64,000 nt of DNA from Antedon mediterranea (Eukaryota; Animalia; Echinodermata), in NCBI RefSeq assembly GCF_964355755.1, contig NC_092671.1, positions 7,750,001 through 7,814,000 of the forward strand, in the 5' to 3' direction. The position numbers and the translations under genes are program-made. The notes below the pieces were generated by a model. It ran no database searches and had not been told where the DNA came from. It worked only from the letters and a program-made list of their open reading frames with translations. Positions 1 to 13,561 of this stretch are shown here, piece by piece. The number at the start of each line of letters is the position of its first letter. Position 1 is the stretch's first letter.

Positions 1-2739
1 TATTCGTCCCTAGCGATGCTCCTTTTAAATATTCCGATGTATATGTAAAGTTTCCAGCAGAACTGTATACGTACCTCAATGGAAATCAACTAGCCCTGGA
101 CACTGCAACCAATAGAAATGAGACAATTTTATAGCGTATTCAATTCTACAGACCAGTATGAATCATAATAATAAACCACCCTCGCTATGAATAAATGACT
201 CACCAAGTCATTCAGCCAATCAGAGCTCAAGGACAATCCACCAATCTGAATTTAGCTACGCCTTTTCTTTTATTTGAATAAATTGGTAAACACAGACAAT
301 ACAGCCATTGTAATGAAAACAATAAAGGCATCTGTTTTATTGATGAATAAGAATGAATATTAGAAAAGGAGATCCCCTGTTTAAAAATATTTAAACACAA
401 TGTATTCAATACACAGGTGTACAAGTGTTTTACAATAGAATACCACTTGAAGACTTAAAAAAGGACAATGCATACATTTATATAAAGATATTACAATAGG
501 GGAGAAAAAGGATACGAGACAATACAAAATAAACACCAAAGTTGAATGTGGATGACTAATTTATTTTTTATGTAAGCAAACAGTATATTCATATAAAATA
601 TAAATTTCCCTTTTAGTCTGAAATTGGTGCCATACAGCCTTTGGATTAACCTAAACACAACAACAAAAATATAGTAGTAATAAAAACAAAGTATAATATA
701 ACTCCTTATTTCCAATATTTAATACTGGACAGGTTCGAAAATGGGTAATTAAGTATAAGATATGTTCACATATTGCTAATCTACAGATAGCTAAAACATG
801 GAGGTATCAAATTAGATTATACGTCCATGGCTAAAATATCTATCACAGAACATTACAATTCAATTTAGTGTACTTCGGTAAGGCTATTCTGGAAAGCCAT
901 ATTATTTTTAAGTTTTTTGAATTTTCCTTAAAAAAAGGTCTATTCTCTAGCCAAAGTAATTTATTTCAGTGTAATTTTATTTCTTCAATACATGATTCAA
1001 GATGTACTATAAAAATGTGCATCTTGCATTCCATTCTAGTTTTCCAAAGTAGAGACGTTACTAATACTATATGATATGTGACTTTATCTATTTTTATACC
1101 AAAATATAAATTATAAAAAAATTAATAAATGAGTGAAGATTGGAATCCACACACAAACTATCAATGCAACTCAAATTATGACATTAAAAAAAACCTTATG
1201 TATTGCCACGGTCCAAAAGGTTGGAATTATAAGTCCTTCTTCTAGTTGGTAATTCACCACATAAAACATGTCGCCAGAAAATCTATGTTAAATCATAAAT
1301 AAAAAATAGCGTGGTTTTGAAGTGTATACGGGCATGGAAGCGGATGAAAGTTTCACCTGGATCTGACTCGCAGATGATCTACATTTGTGAACTTTAATGC
1401 GTACCTGTTTCTCGCTGAAAACAAAACTTGCGACTGACTGAATCGTTTTTGGATTTGAAGAATTGGGACGTTAATTTAACTAATCATTGAGATGGATGAA
1501 TGAGATATTTTAAAGATAGATTGACTACAATGATGGATCAAATGATGGAGAGTGTTATTACTTTATAATTATTATACTCATATTAATAATAATAACAATT
1601 CCATAAATATCTTTTTTATTAGTTTTTATCAAATTGAAAGAGATAAATTGCCAATGAGAGTAAGTTACAATAATTGTTGTATATTATCACTTGTAATAAA
1701 AATAAATGCGTCATTCCTAAAAAAAAATGTATCAACTAAAAAGTAGTGTATACAGTATCTAGAAAGAGTAATTATGGCTGCAATTTAAATTAATAAAATA
1801 TTAATTTAATTCACTGGCTATCAAATTTGATCATCTTCCTGCATCCTCAAATTTTCCTATTTTTTTTTTTTTTAATAATGGTTACAAAAAATATATCAAT
1901 TTAGCTTGCGAATGCAACACATGTCATCATAACACAGATATAAATGTAGTACAAACAAACAGTGACGTTATGGTGGTTGATGGAAGAAGGTGTTCTAGAA
2001 ACAACTTTTTGTAAAATATTCTCCACAGGGAGAGCAGAGGCTATGGTCGGTTTATCAAGGTAAGCTAGGCATGAAATAAACAACTTTCCAGAATAACGCC
2101 AGGACAAATGAATTTAGCAACCACAGTACTATTAATTCAATCTGAACAAAAAATGAACAAAAAATGAACACAAAATTAAAAGAAAATGGAAATGTCACCA
2201 GATAAAAATAGTTAATATCCAAGTAGTTAAATTGAAATCATTAGCAGACTTGATTAATCCACAGTAATTAACGAATGGTTATTTTTGTACTCGTTAGCGT
2301 GCCAAATTAATGGAAGGAATCTTAATTAATGTAACATAATAGTATTTTATAGATTTACTATTTTATTACATTTCTATTTTGTGGTACATCATCCATGCAC
2401 ATGTAAATCTAATAATAATCTAATGATAGAAACCTACCAAAATGATCCCTTTACTCAATTGGTTTTCAGAGTTATTGTTGCCTCTCACCTGTCTAATTTG
2501 GTAAATGCATTTTTCTGTGCATAATAAAGTGTTCTGGACATTAAAATGTCACTGAGACTTTGGCTGGGAGCAGGGGGCTGCCCAAGACCCTGGTCAGATG
2601 TCTCTGATTTGGCTTTCTGAACTATTTTGGTCTTTTCAGACATATAATTATGGTGCATTCTATATACAGTAAGTTGTCATATCATCAGTAAATACCCATT
2701 TAAATTATTTAGGTTGACAATTGTAGAATGAGTGACAAT

Positions 2740-3247
2740 AGGGAGGTTTCGCAATCTTACGAATACGATAACGAAAACGGATACGTCACGCACACGTATT
2801 CGTTTTTTGTAAGCCAGTAAAAATCTGTTTCGCATGGCAACGAAATATTGAGGGCGCCTCCCAAAATATGACTGCGGTAAATGTGAGGGAAGCGCAGGTA
2901 CGTGTTGCTTGGTGCTTGGCTGCCTAGGCCTAGCGTAACATCAAAGCGAGTGAAGACTTTAAAAATTGCTATTTATCAAAGTTTACCTGGCATTTTAGTA
3001 AATTACTTTAGTAATTACTTTCAATAAAAGTATAATTATATTATAATCATGAATCATTCCTGATTCAAATGCAAAATGTGCAAAATAGATCAAAAACTAT
3101 ACTCGTTTTGTAGTTACGAATATGACTGGTGATATTCGTCAACACGAATACGCTTTACGAATATGAAATGGGGATCAGCTCAAAATTTCACAAATGTGTG
3201 ACGTATCTGTTTTCGTTATCGTATTCGTAAGGTTGCGAAACCTCCCT
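2740..3247. mobile_element. Non-autonomous DNA transposon (MITE) with ~54-bp TIRs, probably PIF/Harbinger-ISL2EU group
   Basis: Left end AGGGAGGTTTCGCAATCTTACGAATACGATAACGAAAACGGATACGTCAC is the near-perfect reverse complement of the right end (...GTATTCGTAAGGTTGCGAAACCTCCCT). AT flanks both sides (possible 2-bp TSD). No coding capacity. Superfamily assignment is inference. Confidence 0.85.
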
Positions 3248-3766
3248 ATTAAAAGAAAACAACATACTTAAATGGCCTGCAGATATTCCAATTTAAGAAA
3301 ATCTATATCAACCTTTAAAATATCAAATAGCATAATTGTAACACATAATTGAATCAAGTAGAACTTTAAATAAGTATTTCCAGACATTAAAAATAATGTA
3401 AACCGACCAAAAAAAAATAAAAAATTATAATTTTCTTAATCAATAAATGTTTCATTTAAGGAAAGTGCATCTTGAAAGTGAAATCATGAGAAAAGAATTT
3501 TAAGTTGATAAACTTTAATATTTTTTAAGATTTATAGCTTGATCTAGATAACTGTATTTCAGTCTTTTTGAAATTCCATCATGAAAGATATACATGTAAT
3601 ATAGAACAGGAATTTAAATTTCCAAAGTATTCAAATTGTCAATTACATAGAGTATAAATGGGAACGGTACACACTGACCTAGATTAATAAGTTTCCTTTA
3701 TGTTCACAATGGTATATGTTATAAATTAAAGTTCTGTTTCTATGTGTTTCTATGTAGAAGTAAAGT

Positions 3767-4115
3767 GCCACCAGAAAAAAATGGCCATCAGGAAATAGGC
3801 CACCACGAATACGACTGGTGGTAAGGAAAAAGGCCGACAAGATATTAAGGGTAACAACAAACAGAAAATGGCCACCAGAACAACAGCTATCAGAAAAGGC
3901 CTATCAGGAAAAATCTACCAGGAAAATATCCACCAGAAAAACTGCAGTCAGAAAAACAGCCACCAGGAAAAGGGGCCATCAGGAAACATCCAACAGGAAA
4001 ATATCCACCAGAAAAACAGCCACAAGGAAAACAGTCACCAGGAAAACAGACATCAGAAAAAAGGCCACCAGGAAAAAGACCACCAGGAAAAAGACCACCA
4101 GAAAAAAAGCCACCA
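3767..4115. repeat. Degenerate 15-bp tandem repeat (consensus about GCCACCAGGAAAAAA)
   Basis: About 20 imperfect units of CCACCAGGAAAA/CCACCAGAAAAA at 15-nt period. Explains the three overlapping low-complexity ORFs at 3818-4170. Confidence 0.9.
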
Positions 4116-4899
4116 CTAAAACCTGCAATAATTTAGAAAGGAAATAAAACAAAATAATAGGGTTATACATCGAATACTTTATTGTTGTAATGACTTAAAG
4201 TTATATATAATAAAGAGCCTATAGAATTACAGTTTGAGTGAAGAATGTCAAATAAGAACATACATTAGTATAACAAATTGTGCACATACTCAGCAACACA
4301 ACAAATAAAAGTAAACGGTATATTTTTTTAATGTTTCAATTGGTAAGAATTCATTGTTTTGATGAACTAAAAACATTCCAAATTACAGAATTTATATAAA
4401 AGCACTGCAACACCTAAGATTTGTGATACAAAAAAGTACATCCTGTTTAGAATGTAAGGCGTCACAGTTTTACACTTAAAGATAACTATAAAAAATGACA
4501 AGGACAACACGGTAACAGTCTTTGAAATTAAAATTTATAACTTTAAAGTACAAATAATTTCAATTGCAAAACATTATTTTTATAAGTTTGAACTTTAAAT
4601 CAGACTGTTTACTAGTATTGATCATAGCATTTATGACATCACGTATTCCATACTCATGGATAGATATTTGCAGGTTGTCTAGCCTAGTGGATATCAGCCA
4701 GTTGGCCTACTTATTCTGACATAATGTGGCAATGTTCTTGGTACATTATATAACATGAGAGTAGTCGAATTGAACAGATTTATATTCCATTCAATTTTTA
4801 GTCATAAAAAATGACAGTGAGTATAATGGCATAAATGTGTAAAACAATAAAACATAAATTAAAAGGTTATTTAACTTGTTGAACTCGTTAAACCACTTA

Positions 4900-4974
4900 G
4901 CTTACTACGGTCTAATGGTTATGATGCTTGATGCCTTGTCAGGGAGAGGTTGCAGGTTCAAATCCCATTGGAAG
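4900..4974 (+). pseudogene. Degenerate tRNA-derived sequence (SINE head or tRNA pseudogene)
   Basis: A-box-like CGGTCTAATGG (~4908) and B-box GGTTCAAATCC (4955-4965) at tRNA-like spacing. The cloverleaf stems are broken. Confidence 0.45.
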
Positions 4975-7900
4975 AATTTGATCACATGATCAATTTAGCT
5001 ATGCTACTTGGAACCATTGTAACTATGTTACACAGTGAAACAATATTACTTTTGTTTAAATCTATCTAATAATTCATAGAGGGAGGTATATAGTTGTAGA
5101 TAGTAATGAATTTTAAACTTACAAAGTACTTTGAACTTTTGAATGAATATTGAAAGAAATCCATATATTCCAAAACGTGCCACACATTGAATTACTGTAC
5201 CACTAATCTTTATTGCCAAATACACTCAAAACGCTGGTAGCATTATACTTTCTTATAGAAAACTGTGTATTTGTTCTTTACTGAAAAAGGTGTTCTTTTT
5301 ATGGGCTTATTACAATGTACAGCTGTTCATCTTTATTCATGTTCGGTGGCTACAGGCTCAAGTGGGCCCTAAAGCAATTTAGACTGTGGTGTAGTTTACA
5401 GTTGCTATGGTTACAAGTTAATGTATGGAATAATCCAAGGTATATTATGAGGGAAATATAATCGTAACAAAGAAAAAAATAAACTGTGACTCATCGAGTT
5501 GAATTGTACACAGGTACAGTATATGTACCGTGCTGCCAATTTGCTTATGAATATGATAAAAAAAATTAAATTCAACACTACCATAACCATATATATTCCT
5601 ATAAGATCTAGTTCAGAGGCTCATTGCATCCATCTGTCAACAAAGAATTATTGGTTTTTATTCGTTTTTTTGGGCCTCTGTCTTCCTTTGGAATTGTTTA
5701 CTCATCCTAGTAGGGCAACTTCAATTTCTTAAAGGCAGCGTTTAAAAACTCTTTTCCTAGTTTTCTGGCATTTTATCTTTTTACTGTTAAGCACATTGCT
5801 GTTTTTGAATAATGCGATATAATCCTGAATATTTATTATTATTATTATTATTAACATTCAAGTTATTGAAGTTACAATTGTACTGTATTACGAATAAAGT
5901 TATGGAAATATAAATAAATTACCACCATAAAAAGGATACTAAACCCGAATATTTATCAACATAATAACTTTTATTCATCTTCCAATGAACCCTTAAAGTA
6001 TATTCTAAATGATTTAACCTACTAAAAGTAATTCAGGTGTTAATGACCGGGTGAGAATACAATCATAAGAGGGAATTAAAAACACAATTGAACCATGTAG
6101 GCCCATCACAATCCCATCACTAGCCACTTTTTCCAATATAGGCACATTATAATGTAATGATTATTATTAGCATTACCATGGGAATAAGTTAGCATATAAA
6201 TGAATGCATACTACTTTATTAGAAATAACAAACAAAGGAGGAAGTTGAACTTAACAAAGTTAAAAGGACCTGTTTCTGTGTAATATCTTTGTAGGCAGAA
6301 ACAGAACAAATGACAAAATATCTGGTTAAATGGCATTCTCAAAATGAAATGCAATTTAACATTTATCTCTAAACATTAGATGTAATATATTTAGGTGAAA
6401 TGCAAAATAACCTTTTTTTTCTCAAATAAGATAGAGTAATACAGTGTTTAACTGGGACACTGTGGGTTTAACATATTACAATTTGGTTTTGTGAAGCATA
6501 GTTTTCAACAGATATAGTTTGATAGTGCCTTTAAATGGATTTAAATCTGCGAACTTGCTTTTTTAAAATACCTGTATTGGTTCGACTAAGAAGCGCAGCT
6601 AGTCACATTTATACAAAATGCTTCGTCTTGTGGATGTTTAGTTAGTTAGGTAAAAACAGTAGTATAATAATAGGCTACACCTACCTTATTAAAGTTAGTT
6701 GCTTGAATCTTGAATATTCCTTTTATTTCTAAGATACTTTGATTCAAAGTTTTTTGTATTAAAACACTCTCCTCATTTGAAGTAGTTTGTTTTGTTGTTG
6801 TAAGCTGGTAAAATGGTATGGTGATTTTCTGTAGCTTTGACTGAATAAATAAACGAAAATAATAGAACCTGGTTTAAGCATACACAAACAAAGCATGGAT
6901 AAATACTAAACATGCATTTATTATCCGTAAAACATTGATAAAGTTAAGTACGTTCTTTGCTAGGTAGAAATGAGAGTAACTCAATTGTAGGTGTGTAGAC
7001 AGTCGATTAGAGAATGCTAGTTCGAAGATGAGATAATCTGCTAGTTCAGTAAAACATACAGATATGAGAAAACAGACATACACACAAATGTATGTCCTAA
7101 ACAGCAGTTCATGTTTTCTTAAGTTACCATGATATGGAAAAAAAAACATCAGAAAAAATGGATTATGTTTAGGACTTAATATTACACATTAGAGCTCATT
7201 TATTTTTTGACTGGCAATGACTGTATGATGTGCATTACAAAAAAAAAGTAATTAACACTTGTCAGACGAATTCACTAAAAATCTTGGAGATCAAACTCGA
7301 AGTCGAAACGCGTTCAATCAAACGGACGTGTATCAATGAGATTAATACGGACGTTAAAGATAACGTCCGCTTGCTTCGGTAAATGTCATAAACTGAACTG
7401 AAGTTGGAAGTCAACATTAAGAAATGGATTGAGTTGCGATGACTATTAGTGATGTTGACTTTGTCTCATCACAACTCTGCATTAATATTGCAATACAGCT
7501 ACTCTCAGTTTTTTTTCTGTATGTTAAAAACAGTGATATCTATGCATGTTGCAGTTTTTATTGGAAGAGAGGGATTGAAATTGTAAATATTTGGTTGGAA
7601 TGGAGATAATTTATTCACAGAAACAGTTCCGTTCAGTTGAACTTCCTCCTTTGTTGAATTTTTTTTCTTGCTGTCCTGTTTACATATTATGTGGACAATG
7701 ATTTTGAACAAATAAATGAATGAATGAATATATAAAAAGCTGGAAATGACTTTACTTACTGTAACTTTCATTTGCAACCTTTGAATTAAGAAGCAAAAAA
7801 ATATACCAAAAAATGGGGATTGTTCTAAGCCATTGAATATTTTAAAGTTTTGTATTTTGTTTTAGACAATAATTATCACAATCAGTCTTGATGTGAAAAA

Positions 7901-10085
7901 ATCATAAGGACCTCCCAAGTTTTGACGATATAATAAGTTTTAAGTAACCCTTGAATGCTTTGGAGCATCAACTGATCATGTCTACTATGTCCCTTTTGGC
8001 TTACTAAAAGTAGAAAAATGCGTTTAAGACACCTTTTCCCCATACTTGAAGAGCACATGGCATACCCATTGTTCAGACAAATACTAATGCTGAAGACTAC
8101 TGTATGTTTGGAAGTATTTAAAAAAAATATAGCACCCATTATTGGCCATATTTTATGAAGTATAGTTGGGACTTCTGCATTTTATGCAGTTTATACATGA
8201 ATATTATAGTTTGATATTAATTGATAATAGGTAAATTATCAATCCAATTTCACAATAATCATAATTGATTTTTCTTTTTTGTACAACAGGTCTAACAGTG
8301 TTAATCCATTGTTTCCTCTGAGGCAGCCACTAACCATTGTGTGAAATAACAACAACAATAGCATATCATCAGCTCCTATTTTAACACAATATGGTGTTTT
8401 TTGTATAAACTATGAGTACTTAAAAATATGCAAATAAACATATTATTCCAAGTAGGAAGTACAGTACTCAGAATTACAAATTTATGGAGGATGAAACAAA
8501 ATTAGCATAAAATTAGCATAAAAACAATACAAAGCTTTGAATAAATAATTCAACACAATAATAAGTACTGTTCTTAAGTACTGTTCTTAGGTCTTTAAGG
8601 CGATATTTTTCGTAAACTTATTTAGTGGTAAATACATTTTTCTTAATTTCATATAGCTAGATTTCATGATTAAAAAATATTCTAACCAAAATTGTTAAAT
8701 GTTAAAAAAAAAATAATACATTAATATTAATAATAATTGAAATAACATTGATTAAAACAAATGTCAACAAGCTGGAAAATTACTATAACATTAATAATTT
8801 CTCTATTAGGCCATTCTACAGTTGGTATTGATATTACAATTGTGTTTAAAGTTTAATTTAAAAAAAAACTACAAGAATATTATTGTCGCTTTAAAGTTTT
8901 GTTTTCAAATAGGTTGATTGTATTATGTACAGTATTGCAAACAAAAAAACAACTAGGCCTAAAAACATGTATCAGGAAAAATGTCTAGTATGGATTTAAG
9001 ATCAAAGCATTAAAAGGAAGACTCAATTTCAAAATTGGATCACCCAAAAGAAGTTAACCATAAAACTAATTTTACGGCTTTACCTAAAATCAATCACAAA
9101 CGATGCGAATTGCATCGCTAAGCTTTAAATCGAAATCTCATGTTACTAAAATTACATCACACTATATACCTTGCATTGAAATATAGAAAAATTACATTAC
9201 AAAAATATACACTTGCTATTGCAATCCACCGTTTTAGAAGTGTAAAATATTACGTTCATTATAATTTGATTTTTAAAACTGTAATTTAATTTCATAAACG
9301 AAATATTTAAATTTAGAATAAACTAATTCAATGATGCAGTGTTCATTTAATATATCAAAGTAAAAAGAAAAGCTACAACTAAATGTACAGTATGATGTTA
9401 AAACTAAACACCCAGAAAACTGGTATTCATAAACTGAATGTACCATTTAGGAAGAGGGGTTTCAATGAGTTATCTAGATCTTATCCAGGGTATATGGTTT
9501 ATCCAGATACTATTAGGCTCAAATGGTGTATTTTTTTAAGGGGAAAATTGAGGATTTTCAAATGGAGAGCTCTGGCATACAATTTTATTAGTCTGTCAAT
9601 AGATCTCCAAAATATTTTATAATTTATTTTTTTCTGTGAAGAGGAAGCAAGCACACCAAGACCCTTGTTATTGAGTTTAGGTTTTGTAAAGGTTCTGACT
9701 ATTCTCTAATCAATTACAAATGCACCCTGAAGAACATTTATCAAATATTAAAGAGCAATAATTTGGTTTAAATTATAAAGATAAAAATGCAATGACATGA
9801 AATTAATAAATATAATTGCTTTCAATTGTGTAGTTTAGCCTTTTGGTAATATAGCAATTATTTATCATTATTTGAAGGTTAAGATATAATATAATATAAA
9901 TGTTTATTATAAGGAATCTGTCAACAAAAAATCCATGATCACGATTCACATTTGGAAGAATTTGTGTCATGTACAAAAAAAAAGAATGAGGAAGAAAGTG
10001 AAGCTAATTTCTAGAAGGAAAAAACATAAATAATATCCAAAACATCCCCAGCAGATTTGGCATAAATAATTGTTATATTCTAAAA

Positions 10086-10221
10086 AGTTCTGTCTAGTTT
10101 GACAAAAAATGTACCCAAATATGGTGGTGATATGCCCAAATTTGGTATTGATATGTCATCATGTCCATATAGGGGCACATCACATTTTTGTCTCATAAAG
10201 TTTGATAGTGTAGACAGAGCT
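10086..10221. mobile_element. Harbinger-like MITE family A, copy with one damaged TIR
   Basis: Ends in AGTTTGATAGTGTAGACAGAGCT followed by TTA. The interior (CCCAAATATGGTGGTGATATG) is the reverse complement of the copy at 32908-33067. Confidence 0.8.
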
Positions 10222-12311
10222 TTAGCCAAACTACGTTCAAAATGATAAAATGACAGAACCATAACCCTATAAAATAGGGATTATAATTTCCTGCCATTGA
10301 ATGCTCACATTTATTATCATAGCCCACTTCCATATTTACCTAGTCAGCTTAAATCTTAATCTAGCTTCACACTCGTTTCGATCGTGTTCAATTTTGCTGC
10401 TTCTCTTGCTGTTTTTTTTGTTTGTTGATTTTTTTATTTGAAATTTTTTGTGATTGATGTAAAGGCCTTTTGTAAAAATATCCTCAATCTAGTGTTTGGC
10501 TGCTATGGATTTTTATTTGCCTTTGAATTGTTTTGATGGTTTTTATTTAATCGAAATAAAGATACCGAGATATTATATATAGTGGATACAATAGTCTCAT
10601 TTTTATAGTCTCATTCTAACATACAGTACGTGACAATTTTTGTCAGTCACAAAGTAGTTTAATCTTTTTTATTCATATATTGATTTCAAATAATATTTCC
10701 ATTTTGAACACGCCCTAATTATTCATGTAGTGCAGTCTAATACTGAGTACTTCATTACTTGACACTATCTAAAACACATCAAAAGCCATCATCTATATGA
10801 CATCACACTGATGAAGCCAATTTACTATTCTGTCAGCTAAAATATCATGGAAAGAAATGTGACATTAGAAGAACTACCTAATTAAAATATTCATGAAAGG
10901 TCAATGGCATTTTTATTTGTTGCATCATTAACTGAAAAATTACTATTAATAATTGCTAAATATAATTCTTGAAAGATGACCTCAAGATGGAGGTTACATA
11001 GCCAATTAATGATAGTAATTGCAAAATAATAAACTTATTTTAATGCTGTTGTGGTAGGTATAATTTTGTTAGGCTTCTGGTTGTTTGATTGGTAGATGTC
11101 TTATCCAGAAAACCCCACAGAAGGTACACATTGGGGTTGTCACTTGCCCTTGTTCCTTTCACAGGAAAGTATCCCCTTATGAGGGTGTCCCCTGAATAAG
11201 AATGTCCTAAAGATGGGGTTCTAGGTGTAGCTGGGATTCATAAATTATACAGTTTTATTATTTTTAGCAAAATTAGAACATCCAAAAAACTAAACATATC
11301 ATAATTCAAATAAACCGGTAAAGCAGATTTTATATCCAGTCAGTCTACTGAAGAAATTAATTACAAAAAGTTAAGAAAAAAGGTGTTTTTCATTCTGTTT
11401 ATCCAGACCAGGAGAAGATACAGGCCAGAAAAAATGGCAATCACAATGCAATATCTATTGGATGTTGGAGCAATTAATTCTAGCTTTTCTCTGACTGCAA
11501 ATGGTTGTTTCTTCAAGCTTCTTTGTATAGGATAATGTTCCTTATCAAGAAATGTGAACTTACAATGAACTCTGCTCTACTTTTGAAGAAATATCACTCA
11601 AAAATGATGATGTATAGTTACGAATTGTTATTGGTAATGGAGTTTGCTTAGTGTTCTTAGAAATTATTATAGTTTTTATTTTATCTCAGAATTATCTATT
11701 TTTCTTAAATTACTTTCATAATAAACCAGGTCATTTATTACTATTTCAGTATGTTTATACTGTATAATGTTAAAAAAAAATAAGAAAAAGGCATATCCGT
11801 GGCACCATTTTATGAGGGGAATAAATTTAATGTTGTAGACAAAACCTAGGCTATAAACACTGAATATTTCATTTGCATGGTAAATATTTTAAAACAATTT
11901 TTAAATAAAAATAATTTAATAGTTAATCCTTATGCCTAAAAGCACTGAAAAACAGCTGGACAGTATACTCACGCAAAGATGGAGGGTTGGTAGGTACAGT
12001 ATATACCAATATATGATGATGTACTTAAGTAAGGTTAAACAAAATTAAGTTAACATCGTTCACTTTGGATCTACTTCACATAATATAACAGCAAATTGGT
12101 AAATTCCTTGTTTACAATCGTACATTAGCCAGAACAGTTTTTAAAATATGTTTTCGCTTTAGAAAACGAGAAACAACAGTAATTCTGTACACTGCACTTC
12201 GTCTACCACATCTGTTATTTCACACAGCCCGCTGCATATTCATAAAACAAAAACACATTAAAATACGCCCTCTATGTTATAAAGGGGGTTTCCCTATTTT
12301 TAAAAAACAAA

Positions 12312-13561
12312 ATGGCCGACAACGTGGATTCCGCCGTTGAACAAGATTTAGAACAAGATCTTTCTAATGCGGCCCCAAAAGTTAAAAAACACGACAGTGG
12401 TGCGGCTGATCTCGAGAGAGTGACAGACTTTGCAGAAGAAGCTGAAATATCATCCGCCTTAACCGCTGTAAGCATATTTTTACTAGGCCTAGCCTATAGG
12501 GCACGGTTTTACACACACAGTAGAGTAGTCACACAAAGCGAGCGAGTGCCCCCGCGCTTGGCCTACACAGGAAAAACCTCATCACCAGCCTAGCCTATGC
12601 AACTTTTCTTGTCAACATACTTATTTATTATAATGAATATCTAATAACCTTTCTCGGATTCCTTCTCTTCTTAATCGTGTTATTATTTAATTAAGAAAGA
12701 CAATAGGCCTAGCTAGGCCTATATACAGCAGCAGTACTGTAATAATGTATTATCAAGTCCACAACACTACATACTTACAGTATACTATTAGTATTACTAG
12801 GCCTAGCCTAATTTAATAATAATATTTAATAAATAAAGTATCTCCTCCTGTCTGATGATAAATAAGTTTAACTTAATGCTACCCAACATAAGTAACATTC
12901 AGCATTGTTTGTTTTTAAAGGCAGCAATTGCAGCGTTAGATGACAAATTAGCAAAAGAAAAACAGGCAAAAGCAGAAAGGTAAGAATAGATATAATACAG
13001 TAGAATGTATACAACAATATAGAAATGCATAATTTAATTTTTTTTTTTTATTTCCAGCCGAGCGTAATTATTAGATTACATCAGTACATCAAATTTAATA
13101 TTTGTTACTAACAATGTTTATTTAACTTGCAGGGAAAGAGAACTTGCTAAGGTAGTCATAAGAAAAGAAGATGTTGATTTAATAGTAAGTGCTCCATAGT
13201 AATAAAACAAATTATAATATAAATAAAATTGAACAAATAACATAGAATGTCGTGGTTTTTCAATTTTATATTTATGTAATCTTGTAACTTGCAATTTAGC
13301 TATGAAAATTTGTTATGTTGTACAATAAAATATCATGATATAAAAAGTATTACACAGTATATTATAAAAATATCTAAAAATAACTAAAACAAAACACATA
13401 GTATTTGTTATTTATGTTGTAATAATTTTAATAAAAATACCTTTTTTAAAATATTTTCTTACCAGGTACATGAGCTTGAAATTTCCCGTCCTGAAGCAGA
13501 GAAGAGTCTACGAGAACACAAAGGAAATCTAGTGTCATCCCTTATTACGCTCACTAACTGA
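12312..13561 (+). CDS. HYPK: Huntingtin-interacting protein K (HYPK), NatA-associated chaperone, 120 aa, 4 exons
   Basis: Exons 12312-12467, 12921-12979, 13133-13184 and 13466-13561 (363 nt), all GT-AG with matching phases 0/2/0. Translation: MADNVD...KKHDSGAADLERVTDFAEEAEI...AERERELAKVVIRKEDVDLIVHELEISRPEAEKSLREHKGNLVSSLITLTN*. It carries the HYPK signature KHDSGAADLERVTD and the C-terminal UBA-like domain. AATAAA at 13888. Confidence 0.96.

Noticed and set aside
2029-2059. 31-nt plus-strand segment with good acceptor (TTCTCCACAG) and donor (GTAAGC)
   Set aside because: No partner exons or recognisable peptide could be linked; may be chance.
3818-4170. Three overlapping ORFs with Lys/Arg/Thr, His/Gln and Val/Phe repeats
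   Set aside because: Products of a 15-bp tandem repeat; no splice context or recognisable domain.
7260-7375. CpG-rich patch with GTCGAAACGCGTT and a CGGACGTT/AACGTCCG hairpin, reminiscent of a Penelope hammerhead
   Set aside because: No CUGANGA-type core or stem II could be placed upstream of GAAAC.
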